Below are positions 36,916-49,139 of a stretch of 64,000 nucleotides of DNA, piece by piece; the first letter of the stretch is position 1; the number at the start of each line of letters is the position of its first letter. A model generated the notes under the pieces. The model worked only from the letters and a program-made list of their open reading frames with translations. It did not search any database and was not told where the DNA came from. Source of the stretch: Oopsacas minuta (taxonomy: Eukaryota > Animalia > Porifera); the NCBI GenBank assembly GCA_024704765.1, contig JAKMXF010000317.1, positions 248,160-312,159 of the forward strand. The letters run 5' to 3'. A program made the translations under genes and the position numbers.

Positions 36916-37347
36916 GGGACTGGAAAAACAACTACGCCTCAAACAACTTTGCGTGGACTCGGACAATCATTCTACAATAAACCTCCTGGAGACCGCTGTT
37001 TTGACGGGTACTCGTTCGAACGAGTTGTTAAATTTGATGAGTTCACAGGGGCAGTACCATTACATCAATGGAACGCCGTTTGCTATCCAAGTCCCCCACT
37101 TCTCGAAGTTAAGGGAGCTAAGCTCCTTAATGCAGCATCGCACTATATCGTTTTGTCGAACCTCTCCATCGACCTATAGAACCACCAAATTAAGGGAGAA
37201 AAGCCACAGGAATGGGAGGCATACCGCAGACGGATAACTTCCTCCCATCACTTGAACCCCACTCCTAACTCTCTAGAAGCTACTATAGTTATTCGTAACA
37301 AGATTACAGAATTTGTTACTAGTTATATTTCTAATATTGATAATTGA
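36916..37347 (+). pseudogene. rep: Endogenous CRESS Rep helicase domain, copy 2
   Basis: One frame reads GTGKTTTPQTTLRGLGQSFYNKPPGDRCFDGYSFERVVKFDEFTG...LLEVKG...YIVLSNLSIDL*NHQIKGEKPQEWEAYRRRITS...DN*. Confidence 0.87.
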
Positions 37348-37884
37348 CCTTTAGTTACATTTGTATATTCCCATGAGTTGACATTTCTAATTGTTATGCG
37401 AGCAAAGGGAGGCGAAATTTAGAGTTTGCATATTGAGCCAAGGGATGACCTGTGGCACGAGATCTTGCCAGGGGGGGATTGCCCACTATGCCCCCCGTGG
37501 AGGCGTCCCTCGGGTTGACTTAGGAATGAGAAGGAATCCTATGAATATCTTGTGGGAAATAGGAACGATTCCCATGTGAGAAATCCCAAGTGGGAAAACC
37601 CAAAGAGAATTCTGTGTTAATGAGAATCAAAAGTAATTCCCATTTCAAACCTTAAGTGGCTCTATGTATCGCATGGGAGGACAAGTTAGGACTACTGGAT
37701 CAAATATTAATATAAGAATAGCGGAATATTCTGTATTCTACCTATATTCATTTAATTGTAGAAATTTGATATCTCTCTGTATAGGTATTTGTGTTGATTT
37801 GTATTTATAGTTAGAGCTCATTACTTACAGTCAAACAGATAAGTTATATTATTTGAAGTATTTCATAGTTACAGAACAGAACTA

Positions 37885-38727
37885 ATGGCTACAGCTAATC
37901 CTTTGGAGAGAATATTCTCTGTCGACTATAAGAGCAAGATACAACCTATAGTCAGTGTTTGTAAAAGGGGAAGGGGGCTAGAAAATCTTTATAGACCACA
38001 AGGAGTGACTATTGATAATTCTACTGGAGATATATATGTAGCAGATTACTTGAATAATTGTGTGAAAGTATTCGATTGTAATGGTAAGATTATGTATAAA
38101 TTTGGAGATGAGGAAGGAGAAGGAAAGTTGTATCGTCCAAATGGGTTAGCTATATGTAGAGATAGAATTATAATTTCACAGATTAGCGACTGTATTCTGA
38201 ATTATCAAGTGAATGGGAAGTTTATTTCTATAATAGGGAAACCTGGGAAAGGAGAATTGGAATTTAATAATCCTCGTGGTCTGGCATTTAATGAAGCTAA
38301 CGGAGAGTTATACATATGTGACTCTAATAATAATCGTATTCAGATACTGTCCCAGGAACTTACATACAAGACACAGTTTGGACAAGATAACCTCGAATCT
38401 CCTCTTGATGTTCAACTTACAAAAGAATTTATTTATATTCTAGATAAATCTATTCCTTGTTTTCATTTGTACAACTACAATCTCATTCTACATAAGAGTA
38501 TTATTTCTAGAGGATATAAATTACAGGTGTCTATTCCATATTTCTTCTATATTGACAATTCTAATAATATTCTTATTACAGATTATTCTTCTAACTCTAT
38601 TTCTATTTTCAACTCTCAATTAGAATTGATATACAAGATTTCATTAATTAATCCCACCGGTATTACAGTAGATAATAGAGGAAGAGTTATTGTAGTTTGT
38701 AATAGAGGTCATCTCAATATTTTTTGA
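37885..38727 (+). CDS. NHL-repeat protein (propeller only), 280 aa
   Basis: Intact ORF and close paralogue of 13435-14283. Confidence 0.9.
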   Translation: MATANPLERIFSVDYKSKIQPIVSVCKRGRGLENLYRPQGVTIDNSTGDIYVADYLNNCVKVFDCNGKIMYKFGDEEGEGKLYRPNGLAICRDRIIISQISDCILNYQVNGKFISIIGKPGKGELEFNNPRGLAFNEANGELYICDSNNNRIQILSQELTYKTQFGQDNLESPLDVQLTKEFIYILDKSIPCFHLYNYNLILHKSIISRGYKLQVSIPYFFYIDNSNNILITDYSSNSISIFNSQLELIYKISLINPTGITVDNRGRVIVVCNRGHLNIF

Positions 38728-38779
38728 TATTTTTCTATTTTACTAGTATTCATACTTTTGTATATGTTTCCTTTAGGAT

Positions 38780-41473
38780 CAGGGTTCTATCTAGGATTTT
38801 AAATTTGGGGGGGAAGCTTTGAAATCCTTAGTACCCAATTATCAAAATATTATAACCTTGAAGTAAACACCAAACATTTAATCTAATTCTTAATAATGAA
38901 GATTTCTATCGTTAGTAAAACATGAAAGGGTCGCTCATAAATTGATTTTTCTAATTTTCATTCCTTTATAATGCTCCAATACTGCCTCTAAATTTTCATC
39001 AGATAGGTGATCGGAACCTTCAATACATATGCGCATACAATAATCAAGTGTCTCTTCACTCATTCGGCTGCGAAGTCTCGTTTTTATTAATTTCATATTG
39101 CTGAAACTCCTTTCGACTGTGGCTGTTGTCACTGGTAATACTTCCAAAATAGCGGCTATCTTTGCCAAGTTTGGAAATGCAGCATATATCTCTCCATTCC
39201 CCAGCAGTCTTGAGAGTACAAATTGTAAGGACCTACCTTTGTACTGTAGGAAAATTAAGCGTCGAAACAATTTCCACTCTGACTCAGTTTCTTTAGCTTC
39301 GATGTCAGGCTGTGATATACCTTCATCTCCTCCTACATTGATCCTTTGTTCTACACTATAAAAATCCGTGAGTGTCTTAATCTGTTCCATTCCGTACTTT
39401 GATAATTCTTCTTCTGTCCAGGAAGATGGCGAGGGTCAAAAACAGACATGGCTGAAATGAGTTCAGTAGACTCCATCCGGACATTAATATGATCTATGAC
39501 ACTTTGGAGGTATGGTCGATACACCTTGTGAAGAAATTCACTCTTCTCTTCTTCCAATACCACGATGTGTTTCTCTCCTAATTGAGCATCATCAGTAAAA
39601 ACCAAAGAATGTTCCTTGAACCATGTGCTGCTTGTTACATCTTCTTTGAGCTCCAACAGCCGTTTAGTAGTACTAGCAACCATCGATGGCACACTCGCAA
39701 GATCAATATCTTTGGCTTGTAGACTTCCTTGCAATTTCGCTACGATATGAAGAACATCTGATAGCATGTAAATACATGCGACAGTCTTGTACTTCAATAA
39801 GAGAGTTGCAATTCCATGTGATTCTGCATCCCCAGTTTCTGCGTATATCTCTTCAAATGTACTGACCAAAGCTGGTAAAATCCGTCGCACAACAGACACA
39901 GCTCTCTCACGGGCTAACCACCGAGTATCACTAGGCTTCTGCATTTTGATTTCAGGAGCCTGAAGTTCAGCTTGAATCTCAGCAAGTTTCTCAGCTTTTT
40001 TGGGAGAAAAGTGAAAAGCCTTCCAGATTGTTAATAGTGTACCCAAAACTCTCTTCACTACTGTATGTTCTGATGCAGCATTTAATACAGCAAGTTGAAG
40101 CTTATGGCAGCGACAGTGCACATAGATAGAGCTTGGTGCATGTAATCTTAGCCGTATTTGAACACCACTTCTGTGACCCGACATAGTATTTGTACCATCA
40201 AAACCAAGTCCACGCATCTTATCAAAACAAATGTCTTTGGAATGAAGAAAAGTTCGAAGGTAACAAGCGATCGCTTGAGCATTTTTCTCCTTCGCATGCA
40301 AAATTCCAAGAAAATGTTCTACTGGTTTATTATCTTCTATTCAACGTGCACATACTGACAACTCTTCTTGTGATGCTACATCCGTACTTTCATCTGCCAT
40401 TAATGAATAATATGGGCTAGCACTGAGACTGGTGATGATCCTCTTCTCGAGTACATTGCTAATACTTGAGAGAAGTTCCACTATTGTGGTATATGATTCA
40501 TATGTCGCATTGTGTGGACACTTCTCTCTGTGAGATTTCAGTATGATGCCCCATTCTCAATTTGTAAAGTAATGAGGTTTTCAAATGTAGTTGTATGGGG
40601 GATATGATGCTTAACCAAGAAATATAAGGATCGGATAAGCTTTTTCATAATGTCACGGTTCTGTTTCTTCTCCTCCGCAGTGGCTGCTTACAATTGTTCC
40701 ATTACATTACCATGTTCCTCTGTTGATTGAGACATAACCATCTTTCGATCGCTGCTGCGTGCCAATCAGATTTCTCATGTTGTATTAGCAAACTTTTCGC
40801 CTTCACCCAATTGTTTATAGGTCTTGTCACCCATGCACCTCTCGCTTGTACCGATGATTTACCATGGACCTTACAAATCGTACACACCATACCATTTTGG
40901 GATGAATCGTAGTCCATCCAAGTATATTCATTCTTCCAAGTAGGATTATAAACTAAGTTGTCCTTGTAGGCTCGCATTTTTTTGGCTGTTTTAGAAGCGC
41001 ATGGAGTAGAAACAATCGTATCTTCCTCTGGTGGTTGTGGTTCAGACTCAGATATATTGTTGCAATCCGAAATATTTCTTTTAGTTCCTCGAATGATAAC
41101 AAATTTGTCCATGTGGTAACACTGGGTTAATCAATTATTACCTATGTGAAGTTAACAAAAAGAATTTTTTCCGCTGTATTATACCTCAAGAATTCGTACA
41201 TCACTAATATATAGGCGGCTGGATAGTGGGAAGCTGTACTTTCCAACATATGTTATTATTTCGCAGTTGCAAATTGTATGAAATGTGATTCAGGTTTCCC
41301 ACATATTATTTATTTACACTTCAAATAGTATTTTCACAATGAATTGATATTCTAATAATTTATCCATTGAATAATATATTCGATTAATAGTACATTTTAT
41401 AAGATTTTTGGGGGGGAAGTTGAAGAGTTTGGGGAGGAAGCTTCCCCCCACCCCCCCAGTAGATAGAACCCTG
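38780..41473 (-). mobile_element. hAT transposon (ZMYM1/PRKRIR-like transposase with TTF-type zinc finger), frameshifted
   Basis: 14-bp TIRs cagggttctatcta. ORFs carry MVCTICK...QHEKSDWH, GFDGTNTMSG, HCRCHKLQL, SDTRWL and PVTTATVERSFS. The 8-bp flanks do not match. Confidence 0.9.
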
Positions 41474-42678
41474 GCAGTGCTTACCACCTTTATTCTGTCA
41501 TGGTCAAAATGCACTCTCTGGTTATATTGGTAGCGCAATAATATACAACAAGTTATCTTCAAAGTATCATTGATCTTTGAGATTGTGAGCTACAATTATT
41601 TAGTATATGTGGCCAACATATTGAGAATCCGATGCATTATCACTCACTTCCTCATAGTGATATGAACAGATTTTACTTGGAATGGATTCCAAGAGATGTA
41701 TATCATACAATGCGAAATATACTATAATTATCGGTAAGTAGTCCAATAGAAATCGACAACAACGAAAAATGGCTGTACCCTGACATTTTAGATAACAAGC
41801 AAGTTTTAGCTCAAAAACTTTTGTATTCATGCCTAAAATGCATGTCTAAATTCTACCAAATTCAACCTTTTGAGGGTGGAAAGTTATTTTCTGGGATTTT
41901 AAATAGCGGCTGTATAATTCGTCTGTACATCCTTCAAGCGATAAACTCTTCAAAGAACATCGAAGCAACCTGTTTTTGCCTAGTAACGCAGGAATGTAAT
42001 AACTTTCCATTCTCGAACGTTTTGTGTCTAGTTATACACATGTCGACCCTCTTAATATCGACCCCAGCGGTCCCTCAATTATTTGATATTTCTTGCATAT
42101 TTATCATGAATACACGATGTTCTGTTCTGTAAAGAATACTTAGTTTTGAATTGATTTCTTCTCGTAGGCGTAGATCTCTGTACCTGGCCTAAATATTTAT
42201 GCTAAAATGCCGAGAAAAATTGATTTGTCTTTATTACCGACATATCATTATTAAGCCTAAAAGATTTGCATGTGGATATGCAATATTCTATGCGATGGGA
42301 AGTCGGTTGATTGTCTCAAACTATCACATATATTCGTTTGGGGCAATCAACAGACTTCTCAATGTATAGAATAGCAATTATCTCCATGCAAACGAGTTAT
42401 CTTCGGGATTAATCAAAAGTTGTAGTTAATATAGACCAGAGCTTCTTAAGCTGGGGGGAAATCTCACAATTTCTGGGAGAGGCTGGGTTCAATGGAAATA
42501 TGCATAGTCGTTATTAGATCACATTCTGCATTCACCAGAGCATTAAGGGCTCCTCATTTTCTCACACATTCACTCCTACCATGAAAAGGAGCGCACTGCC
42601 GCTCCGCTCCTGAAAATGGAGGGCAATCCAATTCCGCTCCCACTCATTCGCCCAGAGTTACATTAGATGTGTATTATA

Positions 42679-42831
42679 CAGTAGAACTCGGATAAGACGT
42701 ACCCCCTCGCGAAACAGAAATTAGTACGTCTTAACCGAGTGTACGTCTTATCCGAATATGTTTGCATTACTAATAATGATGACTGATATTTTGGGATGTA
42801 AGAAATAGTACGTCTTATCCGAGTTCTACTG
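42679..42831. mobile_element. pogo/Tigger-like MITE
   Basis: TA|cagtagaactcggataagacgtac...gtacgtcttatccgagttctactg|TA. Confidence 0.85.
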
Positions 42832-43647
42832 TAGATAATATTCAGTGCCGAATTGGACAAATATACATCCGGGAAATTGCTAAACTTTTTCAACAAATAC
42901 TTGCGTATGTATGTTGTGAATTATCAAAAGTGTCTCAGGCTTCCAGCAACCACCTTTTCTAGGCAGAATATTGAATTCTTTGTAGAATGTGGACGAAATC
43001 TGTAAATTGTTGCCAATTAATTTAGACTGCGAGCTCCGGTATTCCAGCTCCTTCATAAATGGGGCGCGGTCAACTTTCCGTCCCTAATTCATAAATCGCA
43101 TCGATTTCTTCATTATTCAATATTTCATTCATTATTTGAAAATTTTATAAAAAATTACATTCGAAACTATTCCCTACTACGATAAATAATATGGTTAATA
43201 ACCAACTACAATTCAGGGGTTTCATTGTGTTGCATCTATTTCTTCATCATGTATTCCATATTTCATTCATTATTATTTAAATTTTCAGCCGTAATATTTC
43301 AAATTCGAAATAATGAATAATGAATCGCCCACCCCCATGCTCATTAGATTCTTATTTAGTGGGAAAATATCTATTTAATTGGAGTGGCCTAAATATACTT
43401 CCATCCTTTTACATGTTTGAATAATTCTCCACTCACTAGTTTATTCGCTTAGTTTGGATAACCGATAATGCAGTGTAGGTCATTGGACTTCTCACTAAGA
43501 CTTGACTTACTAATTGAAATTTTCGCTTCTGATTTCCTACAAGTTGAGAATTGTGTTTTTTCATTGATTTTATGTAAAATTGAAGAAAGAGTCCAATTAT
43601 TGTTATGTATCAAATTTCCATGATTCTAGGTTTTCGAATACGCACCT

Positions 43648-43677
43648 CACCACCACCACCACCACCACCACCACCAC
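43648..43677. repeat. (CAC)10 microsatellite
   Basis: Direct reading of the sequence. Confidence 0.95.
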
Positions 43678-44246
43678 CCTGTCTCCTTTTATTTCAACAC
43701 TTAGTTTCAAGCTTCTCAACTCTCACTATTTTCGGCTATATTGACTACGTCTTTTTATATAATTTTGTATCTTTCTAAATCGACTGTTCATTCAATATAA
43801 ATTCAGCAACTCTTAGGTTGATAATGGATAATCCCCACATTCTCTGATTATCCACCTGTTTGTACAATTAGGTGGGAAAACAATAGTTTCTTGTCTTCAA
43901 TTTGTTTGTTGATATTCTATTGTTCGAGTTAACCAAAATTCAAGTATCTCACCTGTGATTTTCTTTCAAGGGTTATAATCCGTATTCCTTTCTACTTAGA
44001 TATGGATTAGCTACCAAACGCTACTGAAATGATTCAGTGTCAGTTCTTGCATATCAATTATCCTATAGGAATTATGTCGTATTAGGCTTCTGATAAGGTG
44101 ACACCTTTGATATAAGGGCTTCCATCTATGCTCATATAATAAGTAGATTATATCCTAATTAAATAAACTTAACCTATGCCTAAACTATCTTAAGCAAATC
44201 TAAACACGCTATATATTGTAATTATAACATAGGTTTATATTGAACT

Positions 44247-44945
44247 ATGATTAAATGTTTGAGTCTGTTGGTTATTGGAAGTATTTTCTTTTGCCTTATT
44301 CAAATATCTCTCTCAATTAGTTGCAATACATGTACATTAGACAGGTGCCCAAATGTTACATGTCCCGGTTCAACCTACAAGGATTATTGTAATTGTTGTG
44401 ATGTTTGCAGTCAACAAACCGATATGGTTTGTGGAGGCCCTTGGAACATTTTAGGAAAATGTGAAACTGGATTAATTTGTAGAAGAAATGTAACTCTTCC
44501 AAGAAATGTTGAAATCAGTCCAGGAATCTGTGTAAATCCAGAAATGCGAAATCGCTGTGGCACTTATGGATGTGCCCCTTTATGTTCACCGTTATTTTGT
44601 AGAGGAGACGATTATCTAAATAAGGTGTGTTCTACTAATGGGTTTTTGAAAGATGAAAATGAAAATACTTATCCGATTGCTGAAGTGATAAGACCTTGTC
44701 AGGGTAGTTGCCAAAAAACAACTTGCGGATCTTGTCATCTCATTCGTAAACCAAAATGTGAACCTTGTGGCTGTAATGATGCGCCGATTTGTTTCCAAAA
44801 TTACAGTAAGTGTATGAGAGCTCATAGATGTCGAGGAAATCTTAGTAGAGGAGTAAATTGCCACTTTAATGCAAAGAACAACATTAATTCTGATAGTTTC
44901 TATATATTTAAATGTATGATTCCACCTTGTCCATTATCTAATTAA
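44247..44945 (+). CDS. Secreted cysteine-rich protein with an N-terminal IGFBP-type domain
   Basis: Hydrophobic signal peptide, then C..C....CP...CPG....D.CNCC.VC.QQ....CGGPW...GKC..GL.C, followed by a further Cys-rich region. Confidence 0.8.
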   Translation: MIKCLSLLVIGSIFFCLIQISLSISCNTCTLDRCPNVTCPGSTYKDYCNCCDVCSQQTDMVCGGPWNILGKCETGLICRRNVTLPRNVEISPGICVNPEMRNRCGTYGCAPLCSPLFCRGDDYLNKVCSTNGFLKDENENTYPIAEVIRPCQGSCQKTTCGSCHLIRKPKCEPCGCNDAPICFQNYSKCMRAHRCRGNLSRGVNCHFNAKNNINSDSFYIFKCMIPPCPLSN

Positions 44946-47221
44946 TTTGTAGTTCTATCATCTACCCTTCTGGTTACTATATTATTTAAATATGAACATA
45001 GATTACTTTTAATGATATTAAATATTCTATAATGTAATAATATGTATTATTCTAACTTATAAGCCCAATAATGAAAGCAATTCAATGATTAACTTCATTA
45101 TTCTGGGCAAGTCAATATTTGAAATATCTTGAAACTGACAGTTCTGTACTTTCAATACGCTAAAGACGAGTAGGTATACAGCGAAATGGTCGCCACGCCA
45201 TATTATTGGTTAGTTAAGTCGTGCTCTATGGGGCCAGGTCCAAATGCCTCCAGAATTGTTTATTCATGAGTTGAGATATAAGTGATGTTCACGTCTTGGT
45301 CCACCATTTTTCTATCAATGACTATTATTTGCTATTTACAAGGATGCACCTGAATAGTTCAAGCTATGTTTGTTTCAACCCAGTATTGTTTGGCGAATAT
45401 CAGTTCTCGGTATTCGGTTGATCGAATCTGGATGTTATCAGTAGTTTTAGGTTCTGTTGCCATAGTATTTGTATTCACTTCGAATTACAGGGTGGTTAAC
45501 ATGGTTGAATAAAGAGGCTAACTGCTGCTGTTATTATTCGTCTAAACAAAAATGGTGTTTTTTAGTGCAACTCCAATAGGGAGAGACATAATGGGATAGA
45601 CGAGGTACGACGTCTGTACGTCCGACCGCGGCCGTGCGAAATCTAGCATTCCTATTAACATGAAAATTGGCATACATATACACTTCGTGTCGGAGAATTA
45701 CACCTCGGGTATGAATTTTCTAAAGTGAAATTTTCACACCTTTTGGGTGATTAATCATATTTTCACCACTATCTATGTAAATTCAAAAGCATGCAAGAGA
45801 TTAGGATTCAACATGGTGTCAGGAGTAATTGGATGCGTAGAATCCGATTTTGAGATTTTGAGAGCCTAAAATGAACAAATTCACAGGTTTATCATGTGAT
45901 TAATCATATATTCACACATTTTGGCATATATTTCTTAATTATGCTAAGAATCGCGCATTCTAAATAGAACTTCCACGGTTCGCTTGCCCGCGCTGTGCGG
46001 CTTGCGACACAGAGTGTTCGCATTGGGCTAGGCAATTCGTGCCTCGAATTAAGCAAGGTATATATATAAGTATCAACATATTCACAAAAATCTGTTGACA
46101 TTTCATATTTGGAATCAGCGTACCGATTACCCAGTATATGGTTGATAGCAAGTTTCTAGGATTGATTAGAAAATTGTTTGCTCAAAACACCTAAAAACAA
46201 CATATTCACAATACCTTGTTGCTGCATAGCCTACTAAAGATAAGGCCTGATCACTACTTTGGACCAGCCATAAGAGGAAGTGGATGTATTTTGATGGGAA
46301 ATTCTATAATCGCTGATTATGAGAAACTGGTACATTTTCACCTTAATACATGTATTATTGACATGTAAGAATTTTTGCAGATCGAATGGAAGTCATCTGT
46401 TAGCGTAATTGATAAAAAAATTGTCATGATAAAGTTAGCATTTTCATTGTGCTGACTATACTTTAGTATAGTGGCCCAGTATTGAAATGGGTGCCTATAT
46501 TTTTTTCCCTCCGTAAAAGCCCAGCAGCCAAAACTGGATAGAATTAAGGTGATATATGGTGTGAGAACTATTGAAGATATTCGTCGGGTGTGCTTCTCCC
46601 CTTTGCTAATCAATCTGACACCAAGTGCCACTATTTCACACTGGTCAAACTTTTGTCTGGCCTCTAGCAAAAAATTATGAAAGGAAAGGTGCCAAAATTT
46701 TCACACCTTTATGAAAGAGAAAAATTCTACACCTTCGTACTCTTCAAGAATTTTTATATTTGTGATGGTTTTTCTCGCTTGAAGTAAATGAAAGATATTC
46801 ATTATATAACACTACGTCATTGGTAATAATTCTATTGTTCTTAGAAGTTAATATGCATTGATTGAATATCTAAATTTAGCGGTAACTTTAATTATTTCAA
46901 ATATATTTATGAATATAATATTTTTCAAATTAACCATGGATAATTTAAACGACATGTATTTGCCCGATTATCTAACCTTTGAATAATCGTAGAAGATTAT
47001 TCTAAACAGCAAAAGGGGGTAATTCAATACGCTGATTCCGAATTTAACACTCTTGAATTTGTACCGATGATATCTCCTCCAGTATTCCCTTCTATTAATA
47101 TTATTTAGTCAACTGATAATTGCTGCAAACAAATAGAATATATATTGGTTGGATGATCATATTAATTTGTAAATAAATTGTTGGATGGATTTTAAATCCG
47201 AGCGGAGTGAGGAAAAAATAC

Positions 47222-47388
47222 AAAAGTGCAACCTGTGCGACAGTTTAGTCTATTAAATTCAATTTGTTTAAAAAGTGGCACTATTAATTGGATTAAACCT
47301 AACCTTTATAGTGCCTCCAATTAATAGTGCCACTTTTTAACAAATTGGATTTAATAGACTAAGCTGTCGGCACAGGTTGCAATTTTTA
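47222..47388. mobile_element. Palindromic MITE with about 70-bp arms
   Basis: tgcaacctgtgc.gacag.ttagtctattaaat...aaaaagtggcactattaattgga and its reverse complement. Confidence 0.7.
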
Positions 47389-47829
47389 TTTCTTTATTCA
47401 TCACACAGACCATGGATGTCATATGTTTCGCCAATTTCCACTTATAACTCGATAATCGTGGATATTATGGTCGAATCAGGATAGCCATTTTATAGTATAC
47501 ACCCAACTTCCCATACCATGTAAGAAAATAGGTAGAGTATTTCCTTCCATCACTATAATAACCTGCTAAAGGAGTATTTTGTTTGATATAATGTGTGGTA
47601 ATAATACTTGGTAGTGGGTGTGCATACACAAATTCGATGGCATCCTTGTATCACACATAAATGTGGATTATAGAGTAAACTGTTAATCCCTTGAATAGCA
47701 GACGGACAGATTATTAATTTCAAGGCCCCTTTTGAAGGAATTTACGAATTATGTAAACACGTAATCTCTCACACTCCACAACCCTCAATCTTCTACTACT
47801 ATAGCTATAGCTGATAGAGATTACAATGA

Positions 47830-48191
47830 GTCAAAATATATTCGAAATTGATCCATAAGAATCAAAGATTCACAAAACAATTGCTTGCTGTGTGATCCAT
47901 CTCGCCATAAGACGGAGTGTAAAACATTCAGTTTAATCAGGTTTCCCTTCGTAAACAAATCCAACATTTCACGATCATCTTCTGGTTTTATTTGGCTTGG
48001 GAGTCCCGGTTTATGTACAGAGGTGAGCAGTGGTTGCCAAATTTCTCGATGATTTTCTCTGCAAAATATTTACATCCTTGTGGTCCAATCAACTTTAATT
48101 CGCCCTTCCAAGTAAATGTCACACCAATTCCTTCTCCGGTAGTCCTCGTAAAGAGATATACTGCCTTTTGTAAGCAATCACGAGCGTTATC
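47830..48191 (-). pseudogene. Frameshifted coding fragment, weakly NRF1/EWG-like
   Basis: Manual translation gives DNARDCLQKAVYLFTRTTGEGIGVTFTWKGELKLIGPQGCKYF, then in another frame GLPSQIKPEDDREMLDLFTKGNL. The similarity is from memory only. Confidence 0.25.
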
Positions 48192-49139
48192 TTATATGTA
48201 CGATACTGTTTTCTTGAACTGTAGTTATGACGTCACTAAGCCTTTCTGGCAGTTATAGTTGTAATTGTACTTATTCCTGTGCACAATATTATTATTATCC
48301 ACAAATTATTACGTCATCATAACTACGAAAATTGAATTTCCCCAAATTTCGAGAAGTTTTGAATTTCTTAATACACGAGAAGTGCCGAAATTGCTAACCA
48401 AAAGCCACGTAATAGCTCCATTATTACCACAAAAGGACATTAAATAATATGGATGGACCATGGACAATATAAATTAAAATATCCGCAAAAATTAACCATG
48501 AGGCACGTAGTGTCAATATATCTCGTCGCGTAGCGACCAAAAGTACTGACATTGTAGCTGCTTCCTACTTATGCTAAAACAAGGGACAAAGCTTAATATA
48601 TTATTTCAATGCCGAATTATCATATATTAGTACTATTAAGGATAGGAATTGGTTATAAGAACATTTTTCTCTTTTCTCTGCTCCCGATGATGTTCTTATA
48701 ACCAATTACTACTGTAAGTCTAAGTGTTACTAAAAAAGTCATTTAGTGTTGGCTGGCTCAACTCTTGAACTTGGAGTCAGCACAAGAATATATCGTGGTT
48801 TCGATTGTAGATGCCTCTTTTCCATTTTTTGAACATTTTCTAGCGGCACTATCGCCTCTTTACAATGTTCAGGATAAAATGGAGAGGTAACCTCAACACA
48901 TAGCAGGACGTCCCACCAAAAACGGGACAGTTGGAAAGTATGCTGATTCATAATTCATGAATAAAGCATCATCTTCGAGTCTAGTAATTTTTAAATTAAT
49001 TATTGCTAAAGCAATTTAGCTATGGCAACAAGTGTATGTGCTGTTGAGTTAGTAATGTTCCAACTTATTTCACATAAGTTCAGATGAATAAATGTGAACT
49101 GATATTTTTGCAATTAATTAAATGAAAGTAAATTTAATA

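Larger units (their letters stand above)
36518..38779 (+). repeat. Inverted segmental duplicate of about 13390-15989 (hairpin + rep + NHL gene)
   Basis: Colinear reverse-complement identity throughout, with an internal deletion of about 370-380 bp in rep at the taagt microhomology near 36915. Confidence 0.92.

Noticed and set aside
36990-37237. Tyrosine-recombinase-like motif TGTRSNELLNL...GRHTA in ORFs 36914-37237 and 14889-15221
   Set aside because: It is an off-frame reading of the rep gene. The overlapping frame carries a full ordered set of SF3 helicase motifs, the R-to-RH spacing is too short, and no catalytic Tyr region is evident.
3862-44945. Apparent IGF-PI3K-mTOR pathway cluster (IGFBP-like, PI3K, NPRL2)
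   Set aside because: The genes are tens of kb apart with unrelated genes between them, two are disrupted, and chance is sufficient.
48739-48951. Possible CR1/L2 LINE reverse-transcriptase C-terminal fragment (EAIVPLENVQK)
   Set aside because: The similarity is too short to support without a search.
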